From: Escherichia coli
Lineage (GTDB): Bacteria > Pseudomonadota > Gammaproteobacteria > Enterobacterales > Enterobacteriaceae
Assembly (NCBI RefSeq): GCF_003991155.1
Contig: NZ_CP031297.1
Strand: one strand, 5' to 3'
DNA length: 64,000 bases
The notes beneath the pieces were generated by a model. It saw only the letters and a list, made by a program, of their open reading frames with translations. It was not told where the DNA came from and searched no databases. Of this stretch, positions 35,591 through 42,643 are shown one piece after another; the first letter of the stretch is position 1; every line of letters begins with the position of its first letter. Made by a program: the position numbers and the translations under genes.

Positions 35591-37018
35591 ATGTTACCGA
35601 TCGTCTCCCCCTCCGTAGTAACCAAACAACTTGCGTTCAATCGAGTAGGCGATAAACGCAAGGTTAGGGTTTCGTCCAACTTTTTGGATGTTATGGGGTT
35701 CAAGCCAGGTATGGGCATCGCCGTTGAGCCAGGGGAGGGGATGGGCGGTTTTTCGGTGATCCCAGCGACCGATGAACTACAGACACACCAGGTTTATCAG
35801 CGCCGGTATCAACCAAAGAGTCGCTCCAACAACCCGCTGGAAACCGTTATTGAGTTTTCTGGACAAGGGCTCATAGATAAGTGCTTCCCTCGCTATACAG
35901 AGCGTTTCCACGTCGAAATGCGAAAAGGTCGAGTAGTCTTCACTCCCGTCGCAAACAGAGCCTTTGCCATTGCTGATCGGTTCAGAAAAACCAGCCCTTT
36001 CCGTGCCTTTGTGGCATTGACTGGCGGGGTAGACATTCATGTTATGGAATCGCTTGGCTGGAAGGCTGAGATTGTTTTGGAACATCGTCCAGTTGAAGCC
36101 AGAGACAGAGCATCCGGGCGGAACCTGAGTGAAGTACATGCGCTCAATACGCTGGTGAACAGCTCCCCGCGTATCCTGCTGAATGAAGACATTCATCACC
36201 TGGAGCTGGATCGCCTTGGAGCCTTGCTGGCGGAGTGCCCACCAATTGGTTTGGCCCATTACTCGTTGGGGTGTGATGACCACTCAAACGCCAAAAGTCC
36301 AAGGGACAAAGAGCGTTCTCTTGAAGATCTCTCCACCATGCTCGACATGGTTTACCCGGCACTAAAACAGATCGAGGTCGTGAACCCTGCCGTCGTGCTG
36401 GTGGAAAACGTCCCGAACTTCAAAGCATCCGGAGCCGGGGCGATGATGGGAACGACACTGCGGCGGATGGGGTACTTCCTCACTGAGATGGTCTTGAACG
36501 GTCTGGATTTCGGCGCGTACCAGGGGCGAGAACGCTATTACATGGTGGCGTCGGTCTTCCCTGGGTTCGTTCCACCGAAACCTGAGCAGAGAGCTGGTGG
36601 ACGATTGTGGCCGGTGATCGAGAAGCACCTCGGGGATTGTGCAGACGTCACAGCGTTGAAGTCAATTCAGGCCAGAGAGTCAACTTCTCGCAGGATGCCT
36701 GCGTTCTTGACGAGAGAAAGCACCAGTTGCCCGACCATCCTCAAGTCTCAGGATCGTGGGGTAAAGGATGCAGTGTACATCCAAGACGGTGGCCGCATTT
36801 ACAAGCCATCGGTCGATCTGGTTCAGGAGTTGATGTCGATACCTGATAGCTTTGATATTTCGTGGATGGCAAAAGAACAAGCGACAGAAACACTTGGGCA
36901 GAGTGTGGATTACAGATTGCATTCAGCGGTCATGGCCGCAGTTCGGGATCACCTGAATGTGAATTGCGGTCGCCATACCGTGGTGCAGCACGGTATCAGA
37001 AGTAAGGAAGGTAAATAA
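35591..37018 (+). CDS. DNA cytosine-5 methyltransferase-like protein with N-terminal AbrB/SpoVT-like domain
   Basis: 475 aa; C5-MTase-like ENV motif (VLVENVPNF) and QxRxR motif (QGRERYYMVAS); candidate motif I EFSGQG; atypical Cys context SLGCDD; N-terminus resembles swapped-hairpin DNA-binding domain. Confidence 0.5.
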   Translation: MLPIVSPSVVTKQLAFNRVGDKRKVRVSSNFLDVMGFKPGMGIAVEPGEGMGGFSVIPATDELQTHQVYQRRYQPKSRSNNPLETVIEFSGQGLIDKCFPRYTERFHVEMRKGRVVFTPVANRAFAIADRFRKTSPFRAFVALTGGVDIHVMESLGWKAEIVLEHRPVEARDRASGRNLSEVHALNTLVNSSPRILLNEDIHHLELDRLGALLAECPPIGLAHYSLGCDDHSNAKSPRDKERSLEDLSTMLDMVYPALKQIEVVNPAVVLVENVPNFKASGAGAMMGTTLRRMGYFLTEMVLNGLDFGAYQGRERYYMVASVFPGFVPPKPEQRAGGRLWPVIEKHLGDCADVTALKSIQARESTSRRMPAFLTRESTSCPTILKSQDRGVKDAVYIQDGGRIYKPSVDLVQELMSIPDSFDISWMAKEQATETLGQSVDYRLHSAVMAAVRDHLNVNCGRHTVVQHGIRSKEGK

Positions 37019-37674
37019 TGGCAGTCATTTACTACGGCGAGGGAACCCATGACGCCGGTTTCGTCGGGTTCCGTGTCGCACGAACAGTTGGGGTGGCGGA
37101 TGATTACCGGCAGGAATACTTCTCCTTGAGAGAGTATTCCTACGCAACAGCTCACCGGCTGGCCTACAGCTTGGACCGAAAGTGGGAAGCTGAGGCAGAA
37201 GAGGTGAAGCGTCAGAATAAGACTTGTAAGCGGCGACGCAACTCCGGGCCAAATATCATTGCTGAGGGGCTGAGGGCTTATATCAGTATCGAGAACCGGA
37301 GCCGGATGGGGGTGAAGAGAACCTACTTCGCACCTTGTTTTCTCGTCACAAAGCCAGGCTACGGCAATGGGGATATTGTTTTCAGGATTTCCACTCATGG
37401 CTACGCAGAAGCCTACGAAAAGGCGGTGGAAAAATATTGTGAGATCCATGATTTGACGGATGAGCAGTATGTTGAGTTGCTTGACCGTATGCCGAGTACA
37501 GAGGTGTTCACTGGATACCTGCTGAATGCTCTTTTAATACGCGGTCATCGCGCCACAAAAGCTGAAATACTGAGTAAGCTGGGGGCTGCGAAGAATGAAG
37601 ATGACATCACCAATAGCAAAGGGAAAAGCGGCCACAACAGAGTGCGTTGCCCAGAGTATCGGTGGGCGCAATAA
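37018..37674 (+). CDS. hypothetical protein
   Basis: 218-aa ORF, start overlaps previous stop. Confidence 0.4.
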   Translation: MAVIYYGEGTHDAGFVGFRVARTVGVADDYRQEYFSLREYSYATAHRLAYSLDRKWEAEAEEVKRQNKTCKRRRNSGPNIIAEGLRAYISIENRSRMGVKRTYFAPCFLVTKPGYGNGDIVFRISTHGYAEAYEKAVEKYCEIHDLTDEQYVELLDRMPSTEVFTGYLLNALLIRGHRATKAEILSKLGAAKNEDDITNSKGKSGHNRVRCPEYRWAQ

Positions 37675-37729
37675 CAGCGCCAGATGTTCAAACCATGTTT
37701 TATAGCAACACCTCTTTGGGGGCGGAATT

Positions 37730-38347
37730 ATGTTTTTTGATAACAAAGTAGAATCTCACTCGCTCGTAATGGGAGCCAGCGGGAAGGGCAAATCGGTCTT
37801 GTCCGAACAAGTGCGGAAAAACGCGAGGCTGCGCGGTGATCTGCTGGTGGATACTGAGATGTACCGTGAAGGTCGAGGGTTGAAACCATACGAGCATGAG
37901 TACGCTCGTCGCTTAGTTCTGGGGCTAAGTGGACCGTTGCCGCGTGAACTGCGTGGGAAGCCGGTGACGGTTATCTCTGATGTGTCCAGACCAAAAAAGG
38001 TAAAGCGTCAGCCAAAGCAATTTGTTAAGACCGTAAATGGCGTCACCCTTGAACGCCAATTGGTGGCAGATGCAAGAGACCAGTTGGAAATGCAAACAGG
38101 CGTCTGGCTCAAACAACCTCAGCTCATCGAGCTGATGGAAGAGTCGGGCATAGACGAAACTCTAGCCGATTTTGGTGAGGCTGAAACACAGATCCGAGAA
38201 ATGCTGGCGGATGCGTTGGCGATGAAACTGGTAGGGCGCTCATGGCCCAAGTGTGGAGCCCTCTATAACGCGGCAGAAAAGTCCGACGTTAACTTTTCCT
38301 CCGAGCTTGATGCTGCGGCAAAAGAAGCTGGATACATGGTTCGCTGA
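37730..38347 (+). CDS. hypothetical protein
   Basis: 205-aa ORF. Confidence 0.4.
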   Translation: MFFDNKVESHSLVMGASGKGKSVLSEQVRKNARLRGDLLVDTEMYREGRGLKPYEHEYARRLVLGLSGPLPRELRGKPVTVISDVSRPKKVKRQPKQFVKTVNGVTLERQLVADARDQLEMQTGVWLKQPQLIELMEESGIDETLADFGEAETQIREMLADALAMKLVGRSWPKCGALYNAAEKSDVNFSSELDAAAKEAGYMVR

Positions 38348-38554
38348 ATGGGATTTGGTGTGGACAAGATAGATCGGCAAAGTTGGCTCGTTAAATTCAG
38401 GCGAGCGAAGTGTCAGGACACTTTAGACACGATGCGGGATGCGGCCATTCGCAACTATGAAGGGAATATTCGTGTTATCGCGGATATTGTATTGGCCCAT
38501 GAGGCGAGAGAGACAGAAATTGAAAAAGGGATGTTTTGTCTAATAGTTAGATAG
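38348..38554 (+). CDS. small hypothetical protein
   Basis: 68-aa ORF contiguous with previous stop. Confidence 0.3.
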   Translation: MGFGVDKIDRQSWLVKFRRAKCQDTLDTMRDAAIRNYEGNIRVIADIVLAHEARETEIEKGMFCLIVR

Positions 38555-38558
38555 TCTG

Positions 38559-38858
38559 ATGAGCTATCAGGTGGTGATTATGAAAAAGAGAATACTTCAT
38601 CTGCCCGTAAAAAAGATTTACTTCGATCAGATCAAATCTGGAGAAAAACCAGATGAATATCGCCTCGTCACAGACTACTGGATAAAAAGACTAGAGGGGC
38701 GCGAGTATGATGAAGTCCATGTTAAGTGTGGCTACCCAAAGGCTGGAGATATGTCCAGGATAGAGATTCGTCCTTGGCGTGGCTTCTCAAGGAACGTCAT
38801 AACGCACCCGCACTTTGGAGATTATCCGGTTGAAGTATTCGCCATCCATGTGAATTGA
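38559..38858 (+). CDS. ASCH-domain-like protein
   Basis: 99 aa; GxKxxExR-type motif (SGEKPDEYR); AT-rich relative to surroundings. Confidence 0.45.
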   Translation: MSYQVVIMKKRILHLPVKKIYFDQIKSGEKPDEYRLVTDYWIKRLEGREYDEVHVKCGYPKAGDMSRIEIRPWRGFSRNVITHPHFGDYPVEVFAIHVN

Positions 38859-38921
38859 TTTTGGTATTCTGATTTAAAACTATTGTAGCTCAGGTATCAA
38901 AAGAACTTGGGTAATTAAAGA

Positions 38922-38950
38922 TAAGGGGCCGACGGCCCCTTAATTGTTTT
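38922..38950. terminator. bidirectional terminator-like hairpin
   Basis: AGGGGCC-GAC-GGCCCCT stem-loop between convergent genes. Confidence 0.5.
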
Positions 38951-39437
38951 AGTTTGTGAATATTGAACAATCGAGGTGGGATAGCGCTTGTTCGTAGCTA
39001 CCTTTGTTGTTCGTCTTACGCAGTGCCACCAGCTCAACAATCAATTGGCTTAAAGCCAGTGATTGAGGCTCCCAGACGCGCTTGCATTTGTCAGCCATGT
39101 TGGCATTTACGTCTGTAATGACGTAGAGGAAATCAGGGACGTCTTTCAAGGTCCCCAGGCCTTTTGCCATATCAACAGCCTCAGGGTTTTGATAGCTTCG
39201 AGTGGCGCTCAGGTCATCGTGGGAAATATAGCTGGCAGATGTCTCAGCGAAACCTAACACCATGCCTTTTCCTGCGCTTTTTGCAATGGCCGAGCCGATA
39301 GCTAGAGTTGGCATGATGGCCTGACCTATTTGGCGGGTAGATGCAGTTGCCAAGCCTGAGGCGATGTTCTTCCCGGCATCTTCGGCAGTGGCAGAGCTGG
39401 TTGTGAGCATCGCAGTTAAAATGATTTTTCCAAACAT
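38949..39437 (-). CDS. secreted hypothetical protein
   Basis: ~162 aa from ATG 39437 (RBS AGAGGA); signal peptide MFGKIILTAMLTTSSATA. Confidence 0.45.
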   Translation of the reverse strand: MFGKIILTAMLTTSSATAEDAGKNIASGLATASTRQIGQAIMPTLAIGSAIAKSAGKGMVLGFAETSASYISHDDLSATRSYQNPEAVDMAKGLGTLKDVPDFLYVITDVNANMADKCKRVWEPQSLALSQLIVELVALRKTNNKGSYEQALSHLDCSIFTN

Positions 39438-39451
39438 ACTTAATTCCTCTA

Positions 39452-41644
39452 TCAATCCATAAAGTCCGACTTTTTGAAGGGCATAGTGCCTTTGCAATCG
39501 GGATACGCTGTGCAGCCCCAGAACTTAGAGGCTCGTTTCTTGCCAGGGGCTTTTCCTTTCCTGAGACGCATCGGGCTACCGCAATCTGGGCAGTCTGGAC
39601 AATCCTCCGCCGCGATACGTTTCTCGGGTTTCCCTCGGTTGTCTGGGAACGTCTTCTTGCAAGCCTCGTTCTGGCAGCCCCAGAAAAAACCGTTCTTCCC
39701 TTTGATCCGGTGCATCTCTCCACCGCAGTTGAAGCATTCGTGTGAAGGAGGCTTCGCGCCCTCGAAGGCTTTAGCCATCGCGCCACCTTCTTTGGTCAGA
39801 ACCGGTGCGGCCACTTTGAGCTGCTCAACCATTTGGCAGATCCAGGTGGAAATCTGCTTCATGAAGACAGACATGTTCCCGGAGCCGGAGGCAACTTTCT
39901 CAAGCTCCTGCTCCCAAGCCGCAGTCATGCCGGGTGATTTGATGGCTGGTGGAAGCACTGCTATAAGCGCATGAGCCTTATCAGTTGCAAGCAGTACCTT
40001 TTTCTGACGCTTGAAGTAGCCTTTATCAACAGCGCCCTGGATGATGCTTGCGCGTGTTGCTGGAGTGCCTAAACCGGCTGTGTCTTTGAGGATTTGTTTG
40101 AACTTCTCCTCAGTCACGAACCGGGCAATGTTCTCCATCGCGGCAAGCAATGTGGCTTCGGTGAAGTGCGGTGCTGGCCGCGTCATTTTGTTTGCCAGCT
40201 CGGCCCCATTCAGCAAGGCAGGTTCGCCCTGGCTAACCCTGGGGAGCTTCTCTTGTTCAACCGGCGCGTCGGTGTCTTCCCCCTCGTCCTTGGGACTGCT
40301 TTCACTATCAGAAGCAAACAAAACCTTCCAGCCTTGTTTGGTAGGTGTCTTACCAGCGGACGCAAAGAGGTGACGCCCACACTGCACCTCGATGGAGGTT
40401 TTGGTGAACTCGAACTCGCTGTAGAACTGCGCGATGTAGAAACGACGGATGGCGTCGTAAAGATTGAACTCGATCTCAGACATGGCACTGATGTCTGTTC
40501 TGGCCGGTGTTGGAATGATCGCGTGGTGCGCGGTCACTTTGGCGTCATTGAATACCCTGGCCTTGCGATGAGGATCTGCGCCAGCCACCAGCCCAGAGAC
40601 GTTCTGATCGGACAAAATGAGCGCCTGGAGAATGTCCGGAATGTCTTCCTTTTGGCTCTCGGGTAGATAACGACTGTCAGTACGAGGGTAGGTGGTCGCT
40701 TTGTGCGTCTCGTACAGAGCTTGAGCTGCATCCAGTACCTGCTGAGCTGTGTATCCCCATCGTTTGCTCGCGTATTGTTGCAGCGACGTTAGATCGAAGG
40801 GGAGGGGGGCTGACTCTTTACCTGGTTTGGTTTCTGCTTTGCTGATAACAGCATTGGCACCATTGACCTGGGAGGCTACCTGCTCGGCATAGGCCTTATT
40901 GACGCACCGGCCTTGCTCGTCACTGCACTCTTCTGGTGGTATCCATTGGGCGGCAAACTGTCCATTCTGTACGGACACGTTCACACCCAGAGTCCAGTAT
41001 GGTGAGGGGGTGAAACCGGCGATCTCTCGGTCCCGTTGACAAACAAGAGCGACGGTTGGGGTGATAACCCTGCCAACGTGAAGAGTGTGGTTGAAGCCGA
41101 CATCTCGGGCCAGCACTGTGTAGAGGCGGCTCACGTTCATGCCTACCAACCAGTCAGCGCGTTGCCGTGCCAATGCGGCGTAGTAGAGTGAGACCGTATC
41201 CTTGCCATCCTTTACGTTGTTCAGCGCTTTCTTGATGCTTGACTCATCGAGAGCCGTCAAACAAACTCGGCGAATAGGGCCAGAGTAGCGGAATCGATCC
41301 AGAAGCGAACGGGCGATAGCCTCACCTTCTCGGTCGTAGTCCGTTGAGATGTAGATGGTGCTCGCCTTTTTGACCAGTCCCTCAACAATTTTGTACTGTT
41401 TGAACGCACTCTTGCGAACGTTGTACCGCCATGACTCTGGTGCAATAGGGAGGGTCTCCAGTGACCATGACTTGTAGCGTTCGTCATAATCGTCTGGCAT
41501 ATACAATTCCAGCAGGTGGCCGAACGCCCACGTAATAACGCGGTTTCCTCCATCATGGAGAAATCCATCACCTCGTTGGGAGGCCTTCATTACGCCAGCC
41601 AAATCTTTTGCCTGAGAAGGCTTCTCGCAGATATAAAGGTCCAT
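39452..41644 (-). CDS. topB: DNA topoisomerase III
   Basis: 730 aa; TOPRIM N-terminus MDLYICEKPSQAKD, type IA topoisomerase core, C-terminal Cys4 zinc ribbons. Confidence 0.9.
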   Translation of the reverse strand: MDLYICEKPSQAKDLAGVMKASQRGDGFLHDGGNRVITWAFGHLLELYMPDDYDERYKSWSLETLPIAPESWRYNVRKSAFKQYKIVEGLVKKASTIYISTDYDREGEAIARSLLDRFRYSGPIRRVCLTALDESSIKKALNNVKDGKDTVSLYYAALARQRADWLVGMNVSRLYTVLARDVGFNHTLHVGRVITPTVALVCQRDREIAGFTPSPYWTLGVNVSVQNGQFAAQWIPPEECSDEQGRCVNKAYAEQVASQVNGANAVISKAETKPGKESAPLPFDLTSLQQYASKRWGYTAQQVLDAAQALYETHKATTYPRTDSRYLPESQKEDIPDILQALILSDQNVSGLVAGADPHRKARVFNDAKVTAHHAIIPTPARTDISAMSEIEFNLYDAIRRFYIAQFYSEFEFTKTSIEVQCGRHLFASAGKTPTKQGWKVLFASDSESSPKDEGEDTDAPVEQEKLPRVSQGEPALLNGAELANKMTRPAPHFTEATLLAAMENIARFVTEEKFKQILKDTAGLGTPATRASIIQGAVDKGYFKRQKKVLLATDKAHALIAVLPPAIKSPGMTAAWEQELEKVASGSGNMSVFMKQISTWICQMVEQLKVAAPVLTKEGGAMAKAFEGAKPPSHECFNCGGEMHRIKGKNGFFWGCQNEACKKTFPDNRGKPEKRIAAEDCPDCPDCGSPMRLRKGKAPGKKRASKFWGCTAYPDCKGTMPFKKSDFMD

Positions 41645-41877
41645 TAAGCAGCTCCTCTCATCTTTGATTCCAGATTCGCCAGCTCAGTCCAGCTTTGAGC
41701 CAGACCTTTGACTTCGGGGTAGTCTCTGGAGAGGTTTTCGAGGACTCCAGAAATGACATAGGCCGCTTCGCTGGAATTACCCCTCGAACCGGCCTCCTGG
41801 AGCATGATTAATAAAGCGTCGAAGAGCTCAGCCTTACGGCCTAGCTCTGTCTGGTTTCTTATTTCAGAGCTTTGCAT
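41644..41877 (-). CDS. small hypothetical protein
   Basis: 77-aa ORF overlapping topB start codon. Confidence 0.3.
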   Translation of the reverse strand: MQSSEIRNQTELGRKAELFDALLIMLQEAGSRGNSSEAAYVISGVLENLSRDYPEVKGLAQSWTELANLESKMRGAA

Positions 41878-42476
41878 GGGTTCACCACTGAATAGGGACG
41901 CACGGACTCGCGCACAATGCGGCGATCTGCGTCAGTTACAGCCTGACTGGTGCAAAAGTGCGTCCAGGCATTCAGATAATCTTTATAGGTGTGGGTAGGT
42001 GGTATGCAGCCGGTTACAACGTCCTTGGGGATGTTTGTGGTTCCCTCGGCTTCCACAAAGCGCCAATCGTGCTCGTCCATACCTTTGCCACCATCGCAAT
42101 AGCGTTCCCAGCGTGACAACTCGTACAGCGAGTAGCCTTTGCCTTTATTCATGGACTTGAAGGTATTGATGGCTTCGTTGACATCCCCGTGCTGTTTGAT
42201 CCCTGCTGGAGTTTTATCTGAACCAGCGGAGTCATCTTTGACCTTGTTCATCGTTGCGCTGACATTACCGTCGCCCAGCACATGGATATAACCAGGTTGA
42301 CGTAATGCAGCACCACCGCGCCCCATGTTGTCCCATGCCATCGACAGTTCCCGGCTAACTCGGGCAGGTTTGTCATTTTCGGCAGGGGCAGTCTGGGGCT
42401 GAGGCTTTTGCTCGGGGGCGTTAGAGGCACACCCGGCCAGAATTGCCACTCCCAGAATTGCTATCAGTTGTCTCAT
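41859..42476 (-). CDS. putative lipoprotein
   Basis: ~206 aa from ATG 42476 (RBS GAGGA); lipobox LAGC. Confidence 0.5.
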   Translation of the reverse strand: MRQLIAILGVAILAGCASNAPEQKPQPQTAPAENDKPARVSRELSMAWDNMGRGGAALRQPGYIHVLGDGNVSATMNKVKDDSAGSDKTPAGIKQHGDVNEAINTFKSMNKGKGYSLYELSRWERYCDGGKGMDEHDWRFVEAEGTTNIPKDVVTGCIPPTHTYKDYLNAWTHFCTSQAVTDADRRIVRESVRPYSVVNPCKALK

Positions 42477-42550
42477 CGTGTCGTTCCTCATAAAAAATTG
42501 TCGATGAGCCCATTCTAAAAGGGGGGGGATGGAAAGCTGGTTTCTCAAAC

Positions 42551-42564
42551 TGCCCAAATTGGAC
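42551..42564. promoter_or_regulatory. TGCCCAAATTGGAC motif (third family variant) in traI upstream region
   Basis: Divergent region between lipoprotein gene and traI. Confidence 0.35.
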
Positions 42565-42643
42565 AGATAGGCGTGTGTGCGATCTAAAGGTGTTTTGAGA
42601 GCATGTAGCGACGAGAAATACGATAGGAATATGGTCAACCTAC

